Shown: positions 23,302-35,896 of the stretch, one piece after another | Layout of the letters: every line of letters starts with the position of its first letter | Position numbering within the stretch: the first letter of the stretch is position 1 | NCBI GenBank assembly: GCA_964016885.1 | Contig: OZ024743.1 | Span: forward strand, 85,002,001 to 85,066,000 | Reading direction: 5' to 3' | Length of the DNA: 64,000 nt | DNA from: Eledone cirrhosa | Taxonomy: Eukaryota | Made by a program: the position numbers and the translations under genes | The notes under the pieces: model-generated | What the model saw: the letters and a program-made list of their open reading frames with translations, nothing else | What the model was told of the DNA's origin: nothing | Databases searched by the model: none

Positions 23302-24634
23302 GAAGGGATTAAAGGAGGGAGAGGGGAGAAATGATGCTCCAGCATGGTTATAGCTGCTACATTGGAATGAGAGCAAGAATACATACATGATTATAGATAG
23401 TCAGATATATATGATATATGATAGATAGATAGATAAAAAGACAAAGAAATAGACAGAGGGACAATTGAATAGATATATTTCTTTATTAGCCACAAGGGCG
23501 CACAAGAAAAGTGAATAGATAGAGAGATAGACAGACATGTAGACAGATAGATAGACAGAGAAATAGACAGAGAAACAGTTAGATGGAGAGAGATTGATAG
23601 ACAGACATGTAAAGAATCTTATATATATATATATTGAGAGAGAGGCATGTATGTAAATGTATGTGAATATATATACATGTATGTGTGTAGCATATATAAG
23701 GGTTATGTTAGTGTGTAAGAGTATACAATGCTATCAGTTGGGCAGCCATATTACTTGTGACTCTGATTATTATTATTCACTGTTATAACAATGAATGCTG
23801 GCTGTGTTTCTATTGTAAGACTGATTCTATTTACCAATTTATTCAAGAAATATGTTTCATAACAAGAATTCTATTGCTCATTTCTCACATCACATTATTA
23901 CTGGTGATCAGGGAGAGTGGCGGATTGGAAGAACCGTTAGAGCATCAGACAAAATGTTTTGTAGCATTTTGTTATGTCCCTTTATATTCTGAGTTCAAAT
24001 CCTACTGAGTTCAACTTTGCTTTTCATCCTTCCGCGGTCAACAAAATAAGGTACTGGTAAAGTAGTGGGATTGATATAATTAATTTTCCCCTTCCTCTAA
24101 ATTACTGGCCTTGTATCAATGTTAGAAAGGACTATTGTCGGTGGTTAAGAAATGCAGTTGATTGACAGTCTTTAGAGTGTTGGACAAAATGTTTCATGGC
24201 ATTTAGTTACATCCTTACATCCTTATGTGTTCTGAGTTCAAATCCCGCTGTGGTCAACTTTGTCTTTCATTCCTCCAGTGTTGATGAAATAAAGTGCCAG
24301 TAAAGTACTGGGGTTGATATAATTGACTTTCCCCTCCCCTAAAATAGCTAGCCTTATGTTTATATTAGAAAGGTCATTAAGTCAAACTAGGCAGCTACCT
24401 AGGGTGCAGACCTCACAGAAGTGCATTACTGAAACCGAAAGGATCACAGTTTTATAAACATTTGTATAATATTTTCTGTGATCAATAGAAAAAAATGATG
24501 AAACAATGTTGCCATCTATACACACAAAGGTGTTCTTGGACTATTTGCCAGTCTTTTGGTTGTATGACATATGCACAATAGAGGCAGATCAAAATTGGTG
24601 AGCCTGACTAAGGCATCATTTGTAGTATTATGTG

Positions 24635-24920
24635 CAGTGATGTAGCTAGAGTGTTTGCAGCCTGGGGAAGCTCTTCAATTTGCTGCCCCTGGGCCCCAAC
24701 AAAAAATACATATTACTAGCGAGGAAAATGGACATTAAACAATGATGATGATGATGCTCAGTGACTCACTTTTAAAGTTATATATATATATATCAACTGG
24801 TCTGTGTACAATTATAATATTATGCTGCAGCATTAAAGTAATGCTTATAACCTACAGCAGACCCATAAAAGTGTCACCTGGGGTGGACTGCCACCCTTGC
24901 CCCATCTAGCTACACTACTG
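24635..24920. mobile_element. hAT-type MITE
   Basis: TIRs cagtgatgtagctaga / tctagctacactactg; perfect 8-bp TSD attatgtg (24627-24634, 24921-24928). Confidence 0.85.
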
Positions 24921-25544
24921 ATTATGTGTGTTTTGGGGGTTAATTTATTAATTAAAGTTAGTCAATCCATTGGTTATAATAAGGAAAAGAAAGGAGTCGA
25001 TCATTGAAACAGGCCAAGGAAACTATTCTTCCATTGGTCTTTACTGATGCTATTTGCTGGTTGCAACTAATGGCTATCATGAACATTAACATCAGTCATC
25101 CCTTTCCATAATGGTGATGTGCTTGCATGGTATTCCAGAGATAGTTCTCATAGGTGCCTCTGTCCACTTTTTTCTGTCTCAAAGGATAATTTACCCAATT
25201 TTCTCAGCTATTATTCCAACTCTTTATTTTCTGAGTTCGAACTTTACCTTTCATCCTTTTGGGGTTGATTGATAATGTATCAGTCAAGTACTGAGAACGA
25301 CTTAATCAAACTTTCCCTTCCCTGAAAATTACTAACCTTCTGACTATGTAAGAAATAATTTTAAATATGAACCAATACATACTGAAGTTTCTCCTCCAGT
25401 TGTTTTACAATTTTGAAAGTAATAAATAATTTATTTACAAGTGGCCGAAATGGGGTTCCTTCCTGTAAACTTTCCCTCATAATTTTATTAATGAAAAAGT
25501 TATTTTACAAAAAAATTAAACTTTCCCTCATAATTTTATTAATG

Positions 25545-25910
25545 TTACTCGATAGGGTGTGTAGCTCGGAGATAAAAGAGTCACTCTAGGTAGAGCTGCT
25601 ACTTCTCCGAATTGAGAGATCACAGTTCTGATACTATGGACATATAGTTAGAATGTTTCAGGAAAGAATTGCTGGACAGATTTTAAGGGCAAAAACCAAC
25701 CAGCAGGAGACCCAGGGGTAAACTCTGAGCAAGATGGTTGGATAATATCCATGAGCTTGGCTGGTCACGCTTGGGGATCCAGCCGGATCAGTTGGAGATG
25801 GTTGCTTCTGACAGGACCTGCTGGAAGGAGTGTTTGAAGACTCTGCCCCCACGACCCTCTCAGGAATAAGTGGGCAAAGAAGAAGACGAAGATGAAGATG
25901 AAGAAGAAGA
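25545..25910 (+). mobile_element. RTE/Expander (Rex3-like) LINE 3' fragment
   Basis: LLDRVCSSEIKESL*VELLLLRIERSQF*YYGH...KPTSRRPRG; (GAA/GAT)n tail. Confidence 0.8.
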
Positions 25911-26204
25911 ATTTAGAGGTATTTAGTTGTATGTCAAGAACATTACTGAAGAAAAATTTTCTCTGTAAAATTATGTAGAACAATTTTAATATCAGAATGA
26001 ACACTTCAAAACAAGATGATTTGTATCATAAAAACCATGGGCTGCTCTCAAAAGGGTTAACAAAACTTGCTTAAATATGTAAATAAATATACAATGACAT
26101 GTAAATGTGCATCTTTTTTATGTATTTTACTATCAACTGAAAAATTTAAAGTAATCGTCTTCTTTAAGGAACAATACTTAATTCTCTTCTTATCTATTAT
26201 TGCA

Positions 26205-26370
26205 AGGCTGTGTGGTTGGTTAAAGAGTTTGATTTGCAACTAAGGAGTTTCAGTTTCACTACAACTGTGTGGTACCTTGGACAAGTGTCTTCTTCTATAA
26301 CCTTTCGTTTATCAATGACTTGTAAGGGAAATTTGGTAGAAGGAAGCTGTGTGGAAGCCCTCCATATATG
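26205..26370 (+). mobile_element. degenerate tRNA-derived SINE with CORE-like segment
   Basis: gctgtgtggt...tggtaccttggacaagtgtcttcttctata...tttggtagaaggaagctg; related copies at 36190-36330 and 36880-37020. Confidence 0.55.
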
Positions 26371-26539
26371 TAGCAGCCACTTTTGTCATCTCATCACTTA
26401 TTATTTCTGTCTGGTTAAAGACTGTCACATCCATCCTCTACTTATCTTTCCTCCCTCCCATCACTGACTCTCCCTGTCCAGCTGAGAACACAAGGATTGC
26501 CCTAGTTTTAATCCCGCACAAGAATACACGCTGAGCACC

Positions 26540-27006
26540 AATAAAATGCACCCAGCCCACCCTGTAAAACGGTAGTGCTGGTGTCATGATAAAAAACATC
26601 CAGACCACTTTGCAAAGTAGCAGTGTTAGTGTCATAATATAATGCACCCAGCCCACTCTGTAAAGAGGTAGTACTGGTGCCATGATGAAAAGCATCCAGA
26701 CTACTGTATTATGTGGTAGTGCCAGTGCTATGATGAAAAGCACCCAACCCACTCTGTGAAGTGATAGTGCTATGATAAAATGTGCCTAGCCCACTCTGTA
26801 AACGTTTAATGCTGTTGTCATGATAAAATGCACCCAATACATGCTATAATGTAGTTGGCATTAGGAAGGGCATACAACTGTAGAAACCATGTCAAAATGA
26901 AATGTAGGGGCAAGACACAGTCATCCCACTTCCCTCGTTTCAGAACAGGACAACACACCTAACCTATGACAGCATGGAAAATAGATGTAAAAACAGTGAC
27001 GATGAT
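26540..27006 (+). mobile_element. RTE 3' UTR with expanded ~50-56-bp internal tandem repeat
   Basis: About 6 units of aaatgcacccagcccactctgtaaa..., then ttggcattaggaagggcat...gcatggaaaatagatgtaaaa..gatgat tail. Confidence 0.7.
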
Positions 27007-27037
27007 ATATGTTTGCGTGTGTGTGTATATATATATA

Positions 27038-30000
27038 TATCATCATCATCATCCCCGTTTTACGTCCATTCTTCCACGCTAGCATGGGTTAGACAGATTG
27101 TCCTGTTGTGGGCAATGCCAGGTCAGGCGACCATGTCTTACTCATACAGAATTGATTTCTACAGTTGGATGCCCTTCCTAACACCAATCTCATTTACAGT
27201 GAGTACTGGGTGCTTTTTGTTGTGACACCTACACGATCACTTTATAGTGGGAGGGTGGGGATGGGGGCATACCGTCTATATGCTTCAGCTTTGGCCTGTG
27301 CCCGTGGTAAGTTGGGTCTTCTGTATTACTTTGTAATGCCAGAGGTCTCGGTCCTGTGTCATTACCTTTGAGAAGTGCAATTGGGTAAGATCAGCTTTTA
27401 TCACCTCATCGCAGGTCTTCTTGGGTCTCCCCACTCCAAGGCTTCCATCGACTTTTAGTGCTCTGAACCTTTTTATGCAGCTGTCATCCTTCATATGTCC
27501 ATACCAACGTAATCTCCTCTCCTGCATACAATATTTGATTCTTCTTATGCTTAGTCTCTCTCTCATAATTTGTTTATGCTTTGCCGTTACACATCCATCA
27601 GAGCATGCAAGCTTCATTTCTTTCTAATCTATGCAAGTTTTTTGCACACAACACCCAGGTCTCACTACCATGCAACATTACTGTTCGTATGCATGCATCA
27701 TACAGTCTGCTTTCATTTTGAGGGAAAAGCCTTTTTGCAGCTAGCAGTGGTAGTAGCTCCCTGAACTTCTTCCATTCTGTTCTTACCCTGGTTACTGTAC
27801 TTTCAGAACACCTACCTCTGCTGCTAATTCAGTCACCTAGGTAATAGAAGCTGTCTACTGTTTGGTGGTACTTGTTTCCTGTGATCGTTTGTTGCTTACT
27901 GTCCCAGTGCAACTGCGACATGTAAAGCCTACATTCTTAACTAAACTTCCTGAGATCCTCCTACATCTTTTGTGTACCCATTGTTTGCATTTGGGGCAGA
28001 GGATGGAATTTCTACCTACACCTTTCCTACATACTGAGCAAGGCCATTTCCCTGAGGGGATCTGGAGTCTGTTTTCTTTTCTACTTACAAGGACCTTAGT
28101 CTTTGTCATGTTGACTTTGAGACCCCTTCTTTCTAGGCCCTGCTTCCAGGTTTAGAATTTCTTCTCTAGTTCCACCATAGATTCAACTATAAGTGTAAAA
28201 TCATCCACGTACAGAAGTTCCCATGGGCATCTGGTCTCAAACTCCTCTGTTATAGCCTGCAATACGATAATAAACAGGAGAGGGCTAAGAACAGAGTCCT
28301 GATGGACACCAACCTGTATGCTAAATTCCTCGCTATAGTCATTGTTAACCCTAACTTGGCTGACTGCTCCCTTATACATAGCTTGAACAGCCTTCACAAG
28401 CCATTTATCTTTCTAAGAGCCCACCAGATTATAGCACGGGGCTGTGTTGAAGGCTTTTTCCAGATCGGCAAGTGCCAGGTAGAGCGGCTTACTTTTAGCT
28501 AGGTACTTTTCCTGTAACTGCCTCACAAGGAAGAGAGCATCAGTGGTGCTTTTGCCTGGTACAAACCCAAACTGCATCTCATCTAGATTTACCTGGTCCC
28601 TAATCAGCTGTGCTATAACTCTTTCTGTTACTTTCATGACCTGATCCATCAGCTTTATACCTTTATAGTTTCCTCTATCTAATGCATCTCCTGTACCCTT
28701 GTAGCAGTTCACAATGATGCTGCTGCACCAATCATTTGGTATGACGCTCTCTAGTATTACTTGGTTAACAATATGTGTGGTTATGGTGTGACCTACCGAT
28801 CCAGATGCTTTCAGCATCTCGGCAGCTATACCCAATGGACCAGTTGCTTTCCCAGTCTTCATATCCTTAATTGCCTTACTAACTACACTGCTGCTGACTT
28901 GTATTGCTGGGCCCGCTATAGGGTCCACTTGGGGTAGGGTCTCTTTCTCCCATGCATTCTCCTCATTCAGTAATCCTTCATAATGGCTCTTCCATGCAGC
29001 TTTCTTCTCGGCACTTGTGAGGGCAAGCTCACCCCTATCATCCCAGACACATTTCTCCAATGACATCACAATTTTCTCTAACACACTGTCTCGCAATACT
29101 GAACACCTCCTGTTTCTGGTCCTCATGCTGCAAAACATGCTTGAATTTATTATCCTTTTCTTCCCTTCTAGCTAAGTATACTTGTCGCCTAGCTTCTCAC
29201 CTGGTCTCTATGTAATGTACCTTGCTTCCCCCGTTCTTCCATTGTTTCCATGCCTGTCTCTTAGCCTTAATTGTCTCATCTACCTTTATTATTCCACCAC
29301 CAAGTCACTCTCTTGCTCCAATCACAAATCTCATTTGCCGCCTTTAGTAAGTTATTTTTTAGGAACTCCCAGTGCTCTTCTATATTGAATGTGTCTATCT
29401 GTTCTTCTATACTCTAATAGGCATCAAGTAAGATATTTTAAAATCTGTTTCTGGCTGAGGGGTCTTTCAGCTTCCAGATCTTTCTTCTCCAGGTTGCCTT
29501 CTGTTTCCAAGTTCCTCTAGTTCTGACAATGAGGTTGCTGACAACTAAGTTATGTTGGGAGGTACATTCCTCACCAGGGAAGGCTTTTGTGTTTACAACC
29601 GTCCATCTATCTTGTCCACTGATAAGGATACAATCTATCTGACTAGAATGCTCCCCCAATTTATAGGTGATCAGGTGGTTGTCAAGTTTTTTTGAAGTTT
29701 GTTACATATCGACATGTCATTGGTGTCACAGAATTCTAGAAGCCTTCTTTGTTTCTTGTGCCAAACTCGTAGTCTCCATGGACTCTATAGAAGCCATCAC
29801 AGTGTTTCTCATTGTGTCCATTAAAGTTTCCTGCAATGATTAGGAAGTCATTGTCGTTTGTTAGGGCAGTAGTGTGCATTAAATACTCGTAAAACCTATC
29901 CTTAAGTTCGTCTGGCAACCCAGATTGGGATGCCTAAACAGATATAATTGTAGCAATTGTTTTATTCAGGACTTGAGTTTAATGATTCTTGTGTTCCCCT

Positions 30001-30300
30001 GTTCACTGAGATTACGTCAGCTAATAGTATACCTACACCATCCAACCCGTTATCATTTCCCACACAGAAAAATTTGTAGCACTGATTTTAGCTTACAAGG
30101 ACTCTAGTGGACTCTCCTCTCCATCTAGACTCTTTCACACATCATACATCAATTTCCTTTTGCTCTAACATCTCTAGGATTTCTCCTGCTTTTCCATTCA
30201 TTGTGCTCACGTTGATGGTGCCAACTCGGAGTTTTGGGCATTTGCCGTCACTGGTGGGGGAAGGTGAATTTGTGTGGGGGAGTGTGTATGCTTTCTGTCT
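27038..30300 (-). mobile_element. near full-length decayed RTE-clade LINE (APE endonuclease + RT)
   Basis: RVGTINVSTMNGK...ESRWRG (APE start), IIAGNFNGH, SQIDCIL, RT fragments 28413-29138 and 28152-28397, Cys finger 27855-28109, RRLRWYGH, (cat)n tail; multiple stops and frameshifts. Confidence 0.95.
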
Positions 30301-30952
30301 CTGAATATATATATATATATAATGGAAAACGAAAAATCAGTGAATTTATTGTGTGTTACAATTGTTTCCCCGGCGAACAGCTTGAGGTGTGATCCGTGTG
30401 TGGATCTACCTGACTCTAGACTCGCAGGTTCCTTGGACATATCCTCTTTCTGGGGTTTTCTGGCTCTACAAACTCATATCGTCCACCTATGGAAGCATCT
30501 TAGCTACCATTAGACAAGGCTTAGTGGTTAGAGCATTGGCCTTGCAATTGAAAGGTTGTGAGTTCAATTCTCAGACCGGGCGATGTGTTGTTTCCTTGAG
30601 CAAGACACTTTATTTCACATTGCTCCTGTTTACTCAGCTGTAGAAATGAGATGATAGGACTGGGGTCCCTATCATTCCACTGCAAAGTGGTTGTGGAGGT
30701 CGTCACGGCATAAAAGCACCCAGCCCACACTGTAAAGTGGACATGTAGGTGCCATGGAAAAAAAGGGCATCCAGCTGTTGAAATCAAGCCAGAATCAGTT
30801 CCTGTCCCACCTTTGCAAGCAGGGAAAAGCGGACGTAAAATGAATATATATTTATATATATGTGAGTCCCATGTTCAACTGGGGAGTAATCACAGTTAGT
30901 AAGGTACTCAATACATTAGTAGAGTGTAAATATCAAATTTAATATAGAAATG

Positions 30953-31047
30953 GCTTTTACAGGACATAACTGTTGCATTCAAAAGAAATCATCAGGAAAG
31001 CCCCTGATGATTTCTTTTGAAAGAAACAGTTCTAGTCCTGTAGAAGC
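30953..31047. mobile_element. short foldback element with hammerhead core
   Basis: ...gaaatcatcagg-aaagcc-cCTGATGA(31004) tttc tttt gaaa GAAA cagtt...gtcctgta; the arms are imperfect reverse complements. Confidence 0.6.
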
Positions 31048-31659
31048 TTTTTAGTATATATATAATTTCATTTATATTTTCATTTATATATATATATACT
31101 AGATGACCAGCTGACCACTGAATAAATAATTCCACCACTGGAATATGTTTTATGTAGTGAGCCAAAAGTGAAGTCTTGGACACCACTTGTTATTGTTGTT
31201 GTTGTTGTTGATCTTCTTCTTCTTCTTCTTCTTCTTCTTCTTCTTCTTCTTCTTCTTCTTCTTCTTCTTCTAGAGAGAGGGGGGAAAGAAAGAAAGAGCT
31301 AATACAGAAGTGTTATTATTAAGATCAATAATTGCTAATGAAGGCAGTGAATGAACTGGAGATGTGATGGGGAGTGGCTGGTGTAGTAGGAGGAGGGGGA
31401 CATAAGAGGTGGTGAGAGATGTATGATGGTGGAGCAAGTGAAGTGTGAATGAAAGAAGAAGGGGGGGGGGGTAGAGTTTGTAACAAGATCCAAATCAGTC
31501 AAGATGGGAGAAGTGAGAATACAAGGCAAGATATGGACAGAGGGAGACACATACACAATAACCTGTCTGTTTATAGTTGTCCATCAAATCAGATGTTGAT
31601 CATCTTTTCCTTCATTTGTGGGCTCTTTGATGGTTGTACAGCTCACCCCTTGATGTACA

Positions 31660-32335
31660 ACGCAATTTGGTGATGTACAGATCAATCCATTGATGCACAG
31701 CTCAATCCAATAATATACAGCTCAATCTGGTGATGCACTGCTCAATCCTTTAATGTCAACTCAATCCTAGGTGTACAGCTCAATCCATTGATGCACAGCC
31801 CAATCCATTGATGTACAGCTCAATCCATTGATGTACAGCTCAATCTGGTTGCATACAGCACAACCCTTGATGTATGGCTCAACCCTTGATGCATAGCTCA
31901 ATCCATTGATGTATAGCTCAATCCATTGATGTATAGCTCAATCCATTGATGCACAGATCAATCTGGTAATGTACAGCTCAATCCATTAATGTACATCTCA
32001 ATCTGGTGATACAGCTTAATCCTTAATGTACAGCTCAAACCCTTGGTGGACAGCTCAACCCTTGATGGACAGCTCAACAGTTGATGAACAGCTCAATCCA
32101 TGATGTACAACTCAGTCCATGACACAGCTCTATCTGGTGATGTACAACTCAATCCACTGATGTATTTCTCAACCATTGGTATACAGCTCAGTCTATTGAT
32201 AGACATCTCAATCTTTGATGTACAGCTCAACTCTTGATGTACAGTTCAGTCCATTGATGTACGGATCAATCTATTGATGTACAGCTCAACCTTTGATGTA
32301 CAGCTCAACCTTTGATGTACATCTCCATCTGTTGA
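31660..32335. repeat. 20-bp minisatellite
   Basis: About 33 units of gatgtacagctcaatccatt. Confidence 0.9.
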
Positions 32336-33289
32336 TCACTGTACCAAACGGCTTACACTGCCCGTGATTCTAGGATACAAAGCTGTTTGTTTTAAAGTGT
32401 TTATATTTATCTAAAAACTTTCCATCATAATTCTTTGTAAGAACCTTTGTTAAGTTATGCTCCAAACTTCCTTTATTTCCCTTTCCCTTTCTTTTTTCTT
32501 TATTTCTTCTTTTTCTTGTTTTTCTTTCTTTATTTTTTTAAAAATTATTTTCTCCATTCTCTCCTCTTTCATGTCCGTGTCCTTGTTTTGTCCTTTCATT
32601 TTCATTTTTTTCATCTTTTATTCTTTTAAAAATAGATTCACTGTTTCAATCTTTCATAAAAAAAATATGGTAACAAAAGGGTTCAAAGCTTGCAGAGTGT
32701 TACTGTGTCCGCTGTATGTGGTCCGTGTGTTACATCCATGTAGAATAGAAATAGAGGTTACTCAGTAGATAGGAACTTTGGTATGGCAGCTGAGCAGATT
32801 GTTTAGAATGTTTCCTTGTCTGAACTTTCCAAAAAATACAGGGCTACCCCTAGTGGAGGAGGAGGGGTCACTGAATGACACAGCTTCTCTAGTTTTCAAT
32901 AGTGCACCCTCAGATTTATAAAATACATTTTATAAAAGACTGTATAGAAAGGCATGAAATGATCCCATCACTAAAGTGTATAGGGGGCAATGGATAGCAC
33001 TGCACCCACATAAAGATCTCAACATGCACCTGTCAACAAGGGCTGCACCCACAAAAGAATCTCAACATGTACCTGTCAGCAAGGACTGGAGGTTTTAATA
33101 CCCCCTACCCCATCTCACACCCAGTATTCAATGGTGCATTCTTAGATATTTAAAAATACATCCTGAAAATATGTTCTTTATGAAAGAGAGCCCATCTAGA
33201 ATGTTCTGAAGCTGCTCCCCCCCCCCCCCCCGTTCGAACACCAGGGCCTGACAATTGGCATATCTCATCATGGAGTGGCTTATTTCGTG

Positions 33290-34510
33290 TGTGGAGGTGG
33301 TGTTGGTGGTGTTGTTGTTGTTGTTGGTGGTGTTGGTTGTGGTGTTGATATGGCTAGTGGAGTTGGTGGCAGTGGTGGTGATACAGCTGGTAATGTTGTT
33401 GTTGGTGGTGGTGTTGTTGTTGTTGGTGGTGGTGTTGGTGTTGGTGGTGGTGTTGTTGTTGTTGGTAGTGGTGTTGGTGGTGGTGGTAGTGGTGTTGATA
33501 TGGCTAGTGGAGTTGGTGGCAGTGGTGGTGATACAGCTGGTAATGTTGGTGTTGTTGTTGGTGGTGGTGGTGTTGTTGTGGGTGGTGTTGTTGGTGGTGG
33601 TGTTGTTGTTGTTGGTGGTGGTGTTGTTGGTGGTGTTGGTAGTGGTGTTGGTGGTGGTGGTGGTGGTGTTGTTGGTGGTGGTGTTGTTGTTGTTGGTGGT
33701 GGTGTTGGTGGTGGTGGTGTTGTTGTTGGTGGTGGTGGTGTTGGTGGTGGTGGTGTTGTTGTTGGTGGTGGTGGTGTTGGTGGTGGTGGTGTTGTTGTTG
33801 TTGGTGGTGGTGTTGGTGGTGGTGGTAGTGGTGTTGATATGGCTAGTGGAGTTGGTGGCAGTGGTGGTGATACAGCTGGTAATGTTGGTGTTGTTGTTGG
33901 TGGTGGTGGTGTTGTTGGTGGTGGTGGTGGTGTTGTTGGTGGTGTTGTTGTTGTTGGTGGTGGTGGTGTTGGTGGTGGTGGTGTTGTTGTTGTTGGTGGT
34001 GGTGTTGGTGGTGGTGGTGTTGTTGTTGGTGGTGGTGGTGTTGGTGGTGGTGGTGTTGTTGTTGTTGGTGGTGGTGTTGGTGTTGGTGGTGGTGTTGTTG
34101 TTGTTGGTAGTGGTGTTGGTGGTGGTGGTAGTGGTGTTGATATGGCTAGTGGAGTTGGTGGCAGTGGTGGTGATACAGCTGGTAATGTTGGTGTTGTTGT
34201 TGGTGGTGGTGATGTTGGTGGTGGTGTTGTTGGTGGTGTTGTTGTTGGTGGTGTTGGTGGTGGTGGTGGTGGTGTTGTTGGTGGTGTTGGTGGTGGTGTT
34301 GTTGGTGGTGGTGTTGTTGGTGGTGTTGTTGTTGGTGTTGTTGGTGGTGGTGTTGTTGGTGGTGTTGGTGGTGTTGGTGGTGGTGGTGGTGGTGTTGTTG
34401 GTGGTGGTGTTGTTGGTGGTGGTGGTGATGTTGGTGGTGGTGTTGTTGGTGGTGGTGCTGTTGGTGGTGGTGTTGTTGGTGGTGTTGGTGGTGGTGGTGG
34501 TGTTGGTGTT
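33290..34510. repeat. GGT/GTT trinucleotide tract with four embedded copies of a ~51-bp cassette
   Basis: gatatggctagtggagttggtggcagtggtggtgatacagctggtaatgtt at about 33347, 33497, 33836, 34139. Confidence 0.9.
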
Positions 34511-34690
34511 AGAATGACTACTCAGCATAGACCAGAGATATGAGATATCTGCTGAGTTTTAGAATAAAAACTGAGACATTTAACAAACTAAGAACAATGC
34601 ATGATGGGAAGCCTTTGAAAATGGAAGAACTTTGCATGATGGGAAGCATTATAAGAAATATTTACAAATTGAAAGCTCTCTGAAGAAGGT

Positions 34691-34743
<53 letters not shown>

Positions 34744-34753
34744 GATATTAAAT

Positions 34754-34789
<36 letters not shown>

Positions 34790-35059
34790 TTAGATATTAA
34801 ATATATATATATATATTTAGATATTAAATATATATATATACATATATGTGTGTGTGTGTATATGTTTATATATATATGTGTGTGTTTATATATATATATG
34901 TGTGTGTTTATATGCATGTATATATGTATTTGTTTGGCAGACATCCAGGAGTGATTTGCATGAGAAACTGTGTAGACAATAAAATATCTCTGAAGAAACA
35001 GCAGAAGATCAATAATGGAGAATAGAGGTGTGTGTGGGGGGGGGGGGGGATAAAGGAAG

Positions 35060-35896
35060 TTGGGGGGCAGGAAGACTGCCCACATGAAGGTGGTGGTGGT
35101 GGGGTGGCAGGAAGAATGCCCACATGAAAGTTGTGGTGGTGGTGGGGTGGGGTGGTGTTCAGGAAGAAGGCCCGCACGAAGGTGGTGGTGCGGGAATGAA
35201 GACCTGTATCAAGATGGTGGTGGGGGGCAGAAGAAAGGCCTATGTGAAGGTGGGGGTGTGGTGGGCGGACAGTAGGAAAGCCTGTATGAAGGTGGTGGTG
35301 GTGGGGCTGTATGAAGGTGGTGGTGGGAGGAGAGGAAAGGCTGTATGAAGGTGGTGGTGGGGGGAGAGGAAGGGCTGTATGAAGGTAGTGGTGGTGGTGG
35401 TGGGGATGTATGAAGGTGGTGGTGGGAGGAGAGGAAAGGCTGTATGAAGGTGGTGGTGGGGGGAGAGGAAGAGCTGTATGGAGGTAGTGGGTGGAAATAT
35501 GAGAGTTATGGAGGGAGGAAGAGTGATAAGTGGTAGAGAGGAGAGGAGGGAGGTAACTATAAGTGGTAGTGGAGGGAGGAGGTAACTATAAGTGGTAGAG
35601 AGAGGAAGAAGGTGACTATATAGTGGTAGTGGAGGGAGGAGGTAACTATAAGTGGTACGGAGGAGAGGAAGGTGACTATAAGTGGTAGAGAGGGAGGAAG
35701 GAGGTGACTATAAGAGGTAGAGAGGGAGGAAGGAGGTGACTATAAGTGGTAGAGGAGGGAGGTGACTATAAGTGGTAGAGAAGGAGGAGGGAGGTGACTA
35801 TAAGTGGTAGAGGAGGGAGGTGACTATAAGTGGTAGAGAGGGAGGAGGGAGGTGACTATAAGTGGTAGAGGAGGGAGGTGACTATAAGTGGTAGAG
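35060..35896. repeat. G-rich minisatellites (tgtatgaaggtggtggtgg... and ggaggtgactataagtggtagag...)
   Basis: Direct reading. Confidence 0.85.

Noticed and set aside
21947-23388. Pro/Thr/His-rich and Val-rich ORFs
   Set aside because: Translations of trinucleotide and (GA)n microsatellites
35545-35896. Similarity of ggtaactataa..ggtag to the LSU rRNA homing-endonuclease site
   Set aside because: Only about 10 nt match within a G-rich minisatellite; no other rRNA sequence
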